Source: Folioceros fuciformis
Lineage: Eukaryota
DNA length: 40,781 bases
Direction: 5' to 3'
Assembly (NCBI GenBank): GCA_049999805.1
Contig: JBNGIO010006304.1
Span: 117,260 to 158,040, forward strand
Below are positions 27,284 through 37,714 of this stretch, in pieces. The translations under genes were made by a program, and so were the position numbers. Below the pieces are notes generated by a model. The model had not been told where the DNA came from and ran no database searches. It was given only the letters and a program-made list of their open reading frames with translations. The first letter of the stretch is position 1; each line of letters begins with the position of its first letter.

Positions 27284-28026
27284 GCTCCGTGTTATCGTGC
27301 TCATCCAAACACAATATAAGAGTGGCGAGCAACGGAGGACATGGAGTTCTGCAGACAATTCACCATTGGGAGGTGTGACAAAAAATCTCGAGGAAGAGAA
27401 AACAAAGCTGGCCCATGAGGTAAGCCATCTAAAGAGAACGCTAAGTTTGGTGATGAATAAGCTCTACTGCCTTGAAGACTTGAGAAGCAAGCAGAAGATG
27501 GAAAAAATTGTAAATGAAATGGAATTAGATAAGGTGGTCATCCCCAAAGACTTCATTCCTAACAAGGTTATTTTGCCAACTAGAGAGTTGAAGAAACGGA
27601 AACAACTAATCTCTGATGGGAACGGAGCCAGCAACCCTCTGACTCCAGAAAATGATGTATGCCCCTCAACCGGGATCCACATGGTAAGGGAGAGGTGGTA
27701 CAAATGAGGTGGACATGGTGACAATTTTATATCCATCTACAGTAAGGGCTCCTAGGATGCACTTTTGATAATCTCCCACTATTGGTGTGGTTGGAAGAGA
27801 TGCTAATGTGTAAAACTCTAACCAATTATATATTCTCTACAATATCTAGGGATAAGTTACACAAGGAGGCTGAAGTGGAATTGTACCAGTCCCATGACAG
27901 TGAGGGAGAATGAGAATGTGAGGAAAAAAAGTTCCTAACCAAGTCTACCTTAGAGGATGAGATTGACTCTTCTTAGGTGAAGAAGCTAGGCTATAGGAAC
28001 ATGAATTTTCTTGTGTTGTTGAAGTT

Positions 28027-29495
28027 ACCTCCCTCACGGCGTGCAGACTTCAATTGGCACTGAAAGGAACTGTAACATTTTTGGGCTCTAGCACACCTAG
28101 AGCCTCCTTGAACTGATAATGTTTTACCCTAGACAATGACTTGGTAAGTAGATCCACTGCATTTGCATCTGTAGAGATATATTTCAACTTGATTTGTCCT
28201 ATGCTTACCGCATCTTTGACAAAATGGTGATGCAGTTCTATATGCTTTGTTCTTGCATGAAACATTAGATTTTGAGCTAAGGCCAGCGTAGACTAATTGT
28301 CGTAGTAAATTATTGTGGGTTGTCATTGTGGTTGCCCCAAAGTCTACAAGTAACCTCCTAAGCGATGTGGCTTCCTTGGCTGCTTGTGTCAATGCAGAAT
28401 ATTCTGCTTCAATTGAGAAAAGAGAAATTGTAGCTTCTTTCTTTAATGACTAGGTGACCGTTCCACCGGCTAACAGAAAACAATAAGTAAACACAAACTT
28501 CTTGGTATATGAGTCTTTTGCCTAGTCAGTGTCACAATAACCTACCAAGATATGTAAGTTCTTATCATGGGTCTGGCACGTATAGGTAATCCCATAACAG
28601 CTGGTACCCTAAAGATACCTAAGAATGCGTTTTGTAGCTGACCAATGAGGACAACCTGGATCCTTGAGATACTGAGACACTGTGCTAACAACAAAGGCTA
28701 CATTTGCTCAAGTATGATTGGAGCAAAAAATTAGAGAGCCTATAGCTTAAGGGTAAGGAACTTGAGACATCTCCTCTCATTTGTTGTCTAACTGAGGGGA
28801 CTCTGACTTACTCAACTTACACCCTGCTTCTAAAGGGGTAAGAGCTGGCTTTGCATCTATAGGCTTGTATTTGAATAACATGTCATAAATATATTTCTCT
28901 TGATGAATTGCTAAGGTTCCATAATCACTATCTCATAGAAGTTGAGCACTAAGGCAGTTAGACAGCTCCCCAATGTCAACCGCGTGAAACGGCCAAATAA
29001 GAGAGCATTGACCATTTTAATTCTTGAAAGGTTAGTTGCCATAAGAATGCAGTCGTCGACATAAAGGGCTAAGATAACATAGTCAGTTTCATGTTGCAGG
29101 AGGTACACATTTGTGTCAACTGTGCTCTTCTAGAACCCAAGATCAAGTAAGAACTCATTGATATAGCAATACCAGGCACGTGGGCTTTGTTTCAACCCAT
29201 AAATTGTCTTGAGCAATGTATAGACCTAGTGCTCCTTGCCATGTATTTCATATCCTTCATGCTATTGCATGAAGATCACTTCTTCCAACTTACCATGAAG
29301 AAAGGCAGTCTTAACGTCCATCTGATGTATATACAATTTGAAGTATGCAAACATAGCGAAAAGGACTCTCAACGACTGAGCTTTGACCACTGGAGTAAAG
29401 GTATCATGATAATCTAATCTTGCAACTTGAGAAAAACTCTTGGCAACTAGACATGCCTTATACCGGGAAATACTGCCATTTGCCTCAGTTTTTTA
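28027..29495 (-). mobile_element. Degenerate Ty1/copia LTR-retrotransposon pol fragment (RT + RNase H) with candidate polypurine tract
   Basis: Minus-strand translation with stops/frameshifts: [126 protein letters not shown] (PPT-like) lies 12 nt after the stop at 28050. Confidence 0.92.
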
Positions 29496-30408
29496 TTCAG
29501 CAACAGGCACAAGGCAAGAAGATTCGCTGTGGGGGTGCTCTTTTTGTAATGGCGCATTTTCAAGCATGGTCCTCTACTGCCTTAGCATTTCAGGAATGCC
29601 CCTTCCCTTCCATGGCTGATAACACTCATATTCTTGGGCAAGGAGTCATAGTCAAAGCAACATTTGATTTCTTCTCATTAGAGCTCTCCAAGATGGGATT
29701 GCGGGTCAAGCTATCTAAATGTAGGGTTTGGTCCCCTTTAGACATCACTCCCTCTCTAAACCCCAAACCCTCATCCATCCCTAGGTCTTCTCGAGCTCGT
29801 ATTTGATCTTGTTTAGGTAAAGGAGTGGGCTCTTGGCTTTTGGCTTGACCTTGCATCCAGGCGTTTCGAATCACACCAGCAACTTTCGCCACCGCAATAA
29901 GATTTCGCTTAGGTTTGGCCCACCCCTTGGCCTTTTCTCTCTCTACATGCAGTTGTGGGGTTGCCTTTGTCGATACAGGGTCCCAATTGGCATGTTGTTC
30001 CGTTGAGGGGCACCGCATTGCCATGCATGATGCAGTTTGGGATGTCATGTTCTCAATGGCTAGGGAGTGTGAGTTTCTTTCGTATAGAGAGCATCCATAT
30101 ACTTTGCCCAACAGGGTTTCACTTAGAGCCAACCTTTTTTTCACTAGGGGAGAACAGGTTTGTGTTGTTGATGTGGTTGTTACACATCTGGCTAGGGATT
30201 CGATTTGCAATCATATCATCATCAATCCCCCTGGTGGGGGGCAAAGGGTTGTGCAAGTGCTGAAGTCCATAAGTATTCTCCCCGACATTACATAACCATT
30301 GCTTTGCAACAAGCATTGGCCAATGAGGTTTTTAGAACAGCAACAAGCGCAGGTAGGCCTTTTGTCATTCCACATTATGACATTTTGGGAGCATTAAGTA
30401 GTTTTTGA
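29495..30408 (+). mobile_element. 5'-truncated, internally deleted non-LTR retrotransposon with RT, Cys/His knuckle and restriction-like endonuclease (CRE-like/R2-group)
   Basis: RT remnants: SATGTRQED..GGALF, SMADNTHILG, GLRVKLSKCRVW. Then WLLA*P...FATAIRFRLG, CSC..G.Q...C, RIAMHDAVWD, RE....RANL......VDVVVTH and ITIALQQALA. This is the domain order of RLE-bearing LINEs; clade assignment is from recalled motifs only. Confidence 0.7.
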
Positions 30409-31329
30409 AAATGATATCCCCTAGTAACCTCTTTTGGCTATGCTCGATTGGTCTTCCAATCTTTGGAGTAATGGGACTTTCCATCTCTTTTTTAATAATA
30501 GAAAATATCTTCCTTTCTCTGCAACTTGCTTCTTTATACAAATCCACCTACATATGTATTCATTTTCTGTGTAATATTATGCACTTTTTTCATCAACCTT
30601 ATTGCCACCATCCATTTTCTACCCACCTTTCTCATCCCACTCATTCATTCAAACCACTGGTTGGGTATTATGTTTTTTTTATTAATATATATTATATGCT
30701 ATATGATTAAAATAATTGGGTTTCAAATAATATAGATATATTTTTTATTTAGACTATAATGACCAATCTATTATGAAGACACAAAGATTCTCTAGGACAC
30801 ACTTGTTTATGGCATCTTTGCAAATGGTGTGCGCAAGTACTATGGGTAGGATGCTAGAGTGCTTAATGCAGTGCCCATCTCAATATATTCTCTTGGTCTT
30901 TCTTCCCTCCTTCCTTCTTGTGGTGATTATAGTGAAAAAGAGAAGGTAAAGTCATGATAATTTTTTATAGGATAATAGAGACTTCATTACAATAAGGAAG
31001 GAAGAGAAGAACACATCTCAAGAGACATGGTTGCTTCCTTGCAATTCCCTGCCACATCCAGCATGGCTGACAAGAGAAACCTCTTGTTGAAAACTCATAT
31101 ATTTTAAAGTAGTCCATAAAAGTAAATATCGACTTCAAATCCCCACTTCAAGGAGATGCATGAGCCATCACAATGTAGAAACGGGTTAGGAATTCTTGAG
31201 TTAGTTAGTTAGACGGCTGTGTGTGTCCCGGTGGCCAAGAATCCAGGGTACGTTGGTGCAGCGAGCACAAGGTGGGTGCGACAGCGTAGATGGTCTAAAT
31301 GGTCGTTGTGGTGGGTGAAGTGAGGAGGA

Positions 31330-33198
31330 ATGGAGTACTGGGTGGCGACGCAGACCGTGCTACAAGGAGGAGAAAAAGCGATAGTGGGCAAGCCCAAATT
31401 GACAGATGCACTTCTGCGCAAGCCTCCTTTCCGCTTTTTGCACGACATCGTGTCGGAAGTGACTCGCCAAACAGGCTTTGCCAAGGATTTGTTCATCGGG
31501 CCGGAGTTTGTGTCTGCCAACATCAAGGACAAGGAGGCTAAAGTGAGCTACTTGACCAAGATCATCAACTGCGTGGGACTGTGCCTCAATGCGCATGTCC
31601 CAGCCCGGCCCCTCAAGATTGTGGCGGGCCTGGAGGCGGAGCAGACAAACATCTTCCTCCAGATGCTAGCTGCGGCCACCACACTGGATGGGGAAACTCA
31701 GCATGATGCGGTGCTCCGCACCTTGGCAGGCGAGCAGATGCCCTCATCCTCTGCCAAGGGCGCAACTGACTGGATTTCCAGGCTCAAGATACTGCTAGTC
31801 TCCCAGCACGCCAGCAGAAACTCATCCGCATGCCCATCTCCAACTCCGACTCTTCAGCCCACGCCTACAGCTGACATCCCGGCCCCGACGCCCTCCATCT
31901 CCCCCACCAGGAAAGCACCCTCCGATGGTCCCAATGCCGCCATGACACCACCTTCTTCTGCCGCGGCCAAGGCCGCCAATCACCGGGCTGCGGAGGTTAC
32001 GCAGCAGCCATCCCAAGCCCCTGGTAGTAACACCATCTTGCCAAAGGCTGCTAAGAATCGTTATGGTCCAGGGAAGCCCGCGTGTGGGACCGGCACCGGG
32101 TCCGGGCCCGGGCCCGGGCCTGCGCCGGGGGCCAAGGACCCCTACGCTGATATCCTGGCGAGGAAGCCCAGCGGAAGGATCAAGGATAATAGCAAGGAGC
32201 AGCAAATTAGGGCGCCTCCCGTTGATGAAGCAGGGGCTCCAAATGTAAATGCCAAACCAAAAACGAGCACGCCTGCAAATGCAATCAGTAATCAGAGCCA
32301 GGGCATCCCTGTACCTGCGTTGGAGGAGGTTATCTCGGCGTGTGCCAGCGGCAGCATCCGGTCCAGTACCGCATTCAAGAACGCTTCCAGGGAGCTCCTG
32401 GAAACCAAAAACGCGGCGGAGGAAGCATGCATCAACACTCCTGCTCCCACTCCTCCCTCTCTGGCCACCAGCATGGTATCGCATCAGGAGCGGCCTCAGT
32501 CCGCCAGATTAGGCCCGCCTAAGCTGCCCGCCAGCGTGCTTCCTGCCGACTGCAGAGGCCCCACCCCGGACAGGCCTCCTTCTGCCGCGGCAGGTGGCAA
32601 GGACGTGAAAAAGCCCAACATTCTCTTGGACGCGTCGTCGGACGATGAGGAAAGTGAGCCGCTTCTGCTGCCAGCGCCGAGCTTGCACGAAGCGCTTGCC
32701 ACGTCCATGGAGGGGCCAGGAAAGCTGGTGAGAGACATTTTGGAGGCCAAACGGGAGATGCAAGGGGAGATGAGCCCCGCCGAACAGGAGACCGGCATCA
32801 TCCTTGGCAGCATAGTCGGGACTGAGGTCTCCAGGAAGGAAGAGGCTTTGTCCAAGCAGGATGAAATACAAAAGATGAGGGAAGCTGTGCAAATGCTGTG
32901 TCAAGCCACCAATCCTTTGGGCAAGTGCATGGACAGCCTGCAGGAGGACGCGGAAATTATGGCCAAGGAGCACCAGCATTGGATCAAAGAATACCAAACA
33001 TACAGCGTCCAGCGTCACCAGGAACGCAGGATCACCGAGGATTTGCTGCAAGCTGAGGCTTCTCGCATCACGGAGCTTGAAGAGGAAATTAGACAGCAAC
33101 GCCATCACATCTTTTGTGTTAGGGGTCAGATCTTGAGGAATGAGGAGAAGATCCAGGGCATGCTGGGAATGGTGAGCACCAGAGTCTCAACAAGGTGA
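31330..33198 (+). CDS. IFT54: Intraflagellar transport protein 54 (TRAF3IP1/MIP-T3), single-exon ORF, 622 aa
   Basis: N-terminal CH-like domain (KPKLTDALLRKPPFRFLHDIVSEV..TGFAKDLF, KIVAGLEAEQTNIFLQML), low-complexity linker, RPQSARLGPPK, GKLVRDILEAK, and C-terminal coiled coil (AVQMLCQATNPLGKCMDSLQEDAEIMAKE). Confidence 0.93.
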   Translation: MEYWVATQTVLQGGEKAIVGKPKLTDALLRKPPFRFLHDIVSEVTRQTGFAKDLFIGPEFVSANIKDKEAKVSYLTKIINCVGLCLNAHVPARPLKIVAGLEAEQTNIFLQMLAAATTLDGETQHDAVLRTLAGEQMPSSSAKGATDWISRLKILLVSQHASRNSSACPSPTPTLQPTPTADIPAPTPSISPTRKAPSDGPNAAMTPPSSAAAKAANHRAAEVTQQPSQAPGSNTILPKAAKNRYGPGKPACGTGTGSGPGPGPAPGAKDPYADILARKPSGRIKDNSKEQQIRAPPVDEAGAPNVNAKPKTSTPANAISNQSQGIPVPALEEVISACASGSIRSSTAFKNASRELLETKNAAEEACINTPAPTPPSLATSMVSHQERPQSARLGPPKLPASVLPADCRGPTPDRPPSAAAGGKDVKKPNILLDASSDDEESEPLLLPAPSLHEALATSMEGPGKLVRDILEAKREMQGEMSPAEQETGIILGSIVGTEVSRKEEALSKQDEIQKMREAVQMLCQATNPLGKCMDSLQEDAEIMAKEHQHWIKEYQTYSVQRHQERRITEDLLQAEASRITELEEEIRQQRHHIFCVRGQILRNEEKIQGMLGMVSTRVSTR

Positions 33199-33280
33199 GA
33201 TTCTTTCAGTTGCAAGAGGAAAAAATGTTCACAAAAATAAATTAATAATAAAATGTTACAACTTATCCCCTTGACGTCGT

Positions 33281-33354
33281 GGCCTGTTAGCTCAGTTGGT
33301 TAGAGCGTCGTGCTAATAACGCGAAGGTCGCAGGTTCGAAACCTGCACAGGCCA
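33281..33354 (+). tRNA. trnI-AAT: tRNA-Ile (anticodon AAT), intronless nuclear type
   Basis: GGCCTGT/ACAGGCC acceptor stem plus discriminator A; D-arm GCTCAGTTGGTTAGAGC; anticodon arm TCGTG-CTAATAA-CGCGA; T-arm GCAGG-TTCGAAA-CCTGC; 74 nt. Confidence 0.96.
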
Positions 33355-33679
33355 CTGTTTCGTCGATAATAGTTTTGGGCAATGACCCATTTTCCAACGA
33401 CCTTGTCCATATGGGCATTTTACAGAAAAGGCTGGGATCCTAACTCTCCCACAAGATACAAATTCACACGACCATGTCTCATAAGCAATATTATACATAA
33501 CCATATGTCCACTTGTTGTTTGTGGAAATGGTTTAAGGTCCATCTCCTGGTAATTTCCTCACACATGGTCTGAGGTGTGAGGAGGGCACCTGACAGTGCT
33601 CCTACAAGCCTAAAAGGGGCAGGCAGTCCAAGACAAATGTAGTGTCTGCCAGCTCGGTGAAATGTGTAGTTCGATTGAA

Positions 33680-36643
33680 GGCAAAAGTTGCCGGGGCCCG
33701 AGACAGCGGGGTTGGAGCTTGGATATGCAGCGCGGGGTGTGGCCATCGATACAGTCAATTTCCAGAGCCTGGAGTCTGCACAGTGGGCCCTGGTCATATC
33801 GGCTGAGCCACACGCTATGTACATGTATATCCTGGAGGGCTCAGGCGACAACCACCCCTTAGCCTCTCTTCTGTCTGTTGAGCTCACGGTAACAAACTGT
33901 TGCTCCTGTCCAGAACTCAGATTGTTACGTTGACATAGGGGGGTCGAACTCGTCCTTCTTATTATTCCAGACATGCAGCTCAGTGCAGCTAAGCGGAGAG
34001 CTTGCAAAAGTGTTGGAATGTGGCAAGGGACACCACATTCACTTTGCGGACACCCTCACGGTGTGTTATGTCTTTTTGCAGGGTGCTGGGTCCGAAACAT
34101 GCCAGGTACATGGCCAGTCCATCTGATGAAACTTGATTATTGTGCGTTTCTGGGCCCTCGCTCGGCCAGGTCGGTGTCGGTAACGTCCAGTGTGTTGAGC
34201 TGGTGCTGGTGAGCGGTCGTGAAAGCAGGGGATGCTTGCCATCAACGGGCCAACCTTTCGCAGTTGCTGGCTGAATGGACTAGCCTGCAGAGTTTCCTCC
34301 CTAGAGCAGCCTGCAGAGTTTCCTCCGTAGAGCAGCCTGCAGAGTTTCCTCCCTAGAGCAGCCTGCAAAGCTTCTTCATTGCTACGGATCCGTGACACTA
34401 CCGAACCAGCTGCATCTGCCTGGTTCATGATGAACTGGAAAGGGCCGCATATGAATCCAAAGTACAGCTCGCCTTCCACATCCAGCTCATGCACATCGCA
34501 CCATCCCACCTTCTAGATGCCTTTTCAAGAGCTCCCTAGGTGTGCCACCAACATTGCTCTTCTCGCAGGCAGCAGCCAGCACTCTCCGCTCTCAGTTTAA
34601 CGTGGCTGGATTACAGCACACAACCTGCGGAGTCACGGGTGTGAACTTGGGATAGGCACTGACGTCAAGTCCTGGACAGGAGGTGCGAAAACGGAGACAA
34701 GGGTCCCTGCCTAACTTGCCCTGTGATTGGAGGAACGTGCATCCTCTGACACTTGATGCTGGACAAGGGTATGCGAACCTGAATGTGATTTGAGGGCATG
34801 CCGTGCCGGGCACCTCGGTGGGTCCCCGGACACGGCAGCAATCAAGGCAACAGCGCAGCGGGGACGGACAACGGGGGCAGGGCTTCTGAAGTGGATGGGC
34901 CCTTTGGTAACGGCGTGCCTGACGGGCTGTGATGAGGCTTCATTGAGAAGCACTTGCAAGCGCTTGTGAAAGTTGTGATCATCCAATGTGGGCAGAAAGC
35001 ACTTGGTATCGTCCCTTCGTTTCCAGGACCAACGTCAGCGTCTTTCCTCCTTCCCTCCTCTTCAGCCTTGCTTCGCCTCACCTCCCGTTCAGGTGGTATG
35101 TACGAGCTGTCTGTCACACACCTCCAGGTTCTTGTTGGCTCTTGCCCTGAAGAGAGTAGATTCGGTGTACTGAGCGAGGGACGCAGCAGGCAGGCCTTGG
35201 CACTGTGCCGTCAGGGGCTCACGAGCTCTAATGGTATCTTCGTCAGTGGCACTGGCTACTGCAGCCTGCAGGCGAGTAAATAAGAGCTTGCGAGTCACAT
35301 GTGCTGTTCCTCACTCAGAGCAAGAACCTGATGAGCTGCACCCGGGCCCTGGTGAGATTCCTGATGGCAACGGTGGCTCGTTGCCGCAGTCAGACGCAGC
35401 AGTGGAGGTCCTCCGGGGGCCCTTCGCGGTCCCGGCCTACAGTGGATGAGATCATAAAGCGAGCTGGTGGGCGACTTCATAGCCCTGCTCGGCCCCACGG
35501 TTTTTCTGACTTTTGTGGTTGTTGCAGATTTTGGAGGGACAGCCAGGTGCAAGCACACAGGTGCACTAGCACACATGTGGCAACATTCGCTCCCCTCTCC
35601 CTGCCGGCAGTGAGAGAGATAGCATCTCTGCCTTGCGGATTCTGATCCAAATCAGTCACCGTGACGAAGTAGGTGATGGCCAAATTCGAATCGACTCCAA
35701 TTTGCACAACTCTTGTGCCAGTCCTTCCAGTGGAGAGGACAGAGCGCGATCCATGAGGCTAATCCAGCTGTGGAATTCTTTTGCTTTCCAATCAACCAAG
35801 CTTGAGGAAAGCAAGCACAAGCCTCTCCCGGTTTCCTGTGAAGCAGGCTGGGAAATTGGCTAGCGTACAGAACACTGCACTCGGCGATCTGGCCTTTAGT
35901 GAAAAAGTGACTGCGCCAGTACTCAAATGGGCTCAAGTGATGAGACTGGAAAAGAATGAAAAAGCACGCTTGCTACAGTCATTGCCTCCCAACTAGGCCC
36001 TACCGTCAGCAAACCTGCCTTTTGTTTGAATTTTTCTTTTACAGAGACGACAACATCACATCGGCGTTGGTCCTTGAAGATGGAACACAATTCGGGGTTA
36101 CTGTTGACATCACCTGCGAGGACCATCCGCTGAGCTTGTCCTTGTCACAGACCCTTCGTCAGCAGCAGTGATCAATCAATACATGAGCGCTCTTTCCTTG
36201 TCTATTGCAGTCCTCCCACAGCAGTTGCTATTTCTACAACGTCCATCTTGGTAACAGGTGCGTCTGACACAATTGCTTCCGTAGTGCATGCAGCACTCAG
36301 GAGATCTATAAGCAAGCTCAAATGACTTGGTGTTCTGTTCGAGCACTGCACTCTATGCGCTGACCTGTCTGCCTTGACGGGGTAGGGATAGGTGCCATGG
36401 GTGCTCCTCCCGAGCACCACAGTAGTATGCAGTCTTTGCTGTGCGGACAAGTGGAGCCTGCCCTCTTTACAAGGTTACTTTGACATACAAACAAGTCTGG
36501 AAATTGAAGGAACTGTCCCCTCTTCGGAAGTTAGGGTTCTTCCGCACCAGCCCTCGACAGTGGTGCTGGATTCATGCGGTCAAGGCATCTCCTGTCTAGA
36601 AGGTCATCTGGGACGACTTGTCTTTCCATCAACGGGGCTTTAG
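33680..36643 (+). pseudogene. Unidentified, probably decayed protein-coding locus
   Basis: Coding-like composition. ORFs 33688-33933, 33973-34212 and 34954-35283 share one frame and are separated by isolated stops; further protein-like ORFs at 35301, 35633, 35781, 35956 and 36392. No family recognised. Confidence 0.35.
34282..34367. repeat. 26-bp tandem repeat x3 plus partial copy
   Basis: agcctgcagagtttcctcc(c/g)tagagc at 34282, 34308 and 34334, then agcctgca at 34360. Confidence 0.95.
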
Positions 36644-37348
36644 CAAGCAAGCACAGGACACACACATTAAAACGAGCAACAAACCTCACCTTCCACAAGT
36701 CCGACTGATGCAGATATTATGATTAGAGTACGAGGACTTATACACCCTAAATGGTTCTCATGGTTTATTCTTGGGATCTGAGAAATCTTGATCCTCGGAG
36801 TCAGTTCCTCAATTCATGCATAAACATGGATACACGGGTCCCGGACACGATCTTATCCTAGTTCCTGTAACCATATCGTGTGACCTTGCACAGCAGTTGA
36901 TTGTTCCTCTTCTGCTTGTCGTTACTGGGAATATGTCTCGCTCTTCGCGTCCTCCCATGTTATGTACTTCGTGAATTGTTTACGCTACAAGGCGAATCTT
37001 GTTGATGTCCAAGTTTTGGGCTCCCCCTCATCAAGCAGCTCTGGGATGAGGATTCGCCGTCTTGGACCTGCGCCTGACCTGTAAGACTCCGGTAAGACTC
37101 CAACCGCCTCGGGAGTATCAAACTTCACTGCTCCGTGACCATAGCCCAGCCCAGTATTTATGACACCCGGGCAAGCCTTTCCTCTACTTTTGGCGGGACC
37201 CGGCCGTTCAGGGTAGGGGACCGATATTGGGTTCGCAGAGTGAATGATTCGACATGCACTAACCGGATCTAAGAGACAACGACTAGATAGTTGAGAGGTG
37301 AGAATCTTTCCGTTGCTCAGGCTTGTTAGTTAGCTCTACCGTCGAAGT

Positions 37349-37542
37349 AGGCAACATCCTCAACTGAATTGTGTGGGAATCAGAATCATCCGCCAGCGAA
37401 CTCCAACCATGAAAGGCAACATCCTCAACTGAATTGTGTGGGAATCAGAATCATCTGCCAGCGAACTCCAACCATGAAAGGCAACATCCTCAACTGAATT
37501 GTGTGGGAATCAGAATCATACTCCAACCATGAAAGGCAACAT
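37349..37542. repeat. 65-bp tandem repeat x3 (third copy with 10-nt deletion) just downstream of the mnmE stop
   Basis: aggcaacatcctcaactgaattgtgtgggaatcagaatcatc.gccagcgaactccaaccatgaa at 37349, 37414 and 37479. Confidence 0.95.
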
Positions 37543-37714
37543 ATTCACTTTGAGTTTGGTTTCAAGATCAAGATCGATTTCAACCACCCAGGAGAAGCCT
37601 GATTAGCGTCTTCACACCGAAGATATTTCACGCTCATAAATCCTTGCAGAGGGCAGAGGAAGATTGTGCTGCATTTACCAGACAAAATTGCACTGACACC
37701 TGATTCGGGGTCCA

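Noticed and set aside
33355..33480. Dicistronic tRNA-snoRNA downstream of tRNA-Ile
   Set aside because: A T4 terminator follows within ~20 nt and no box C/D pair is visible.
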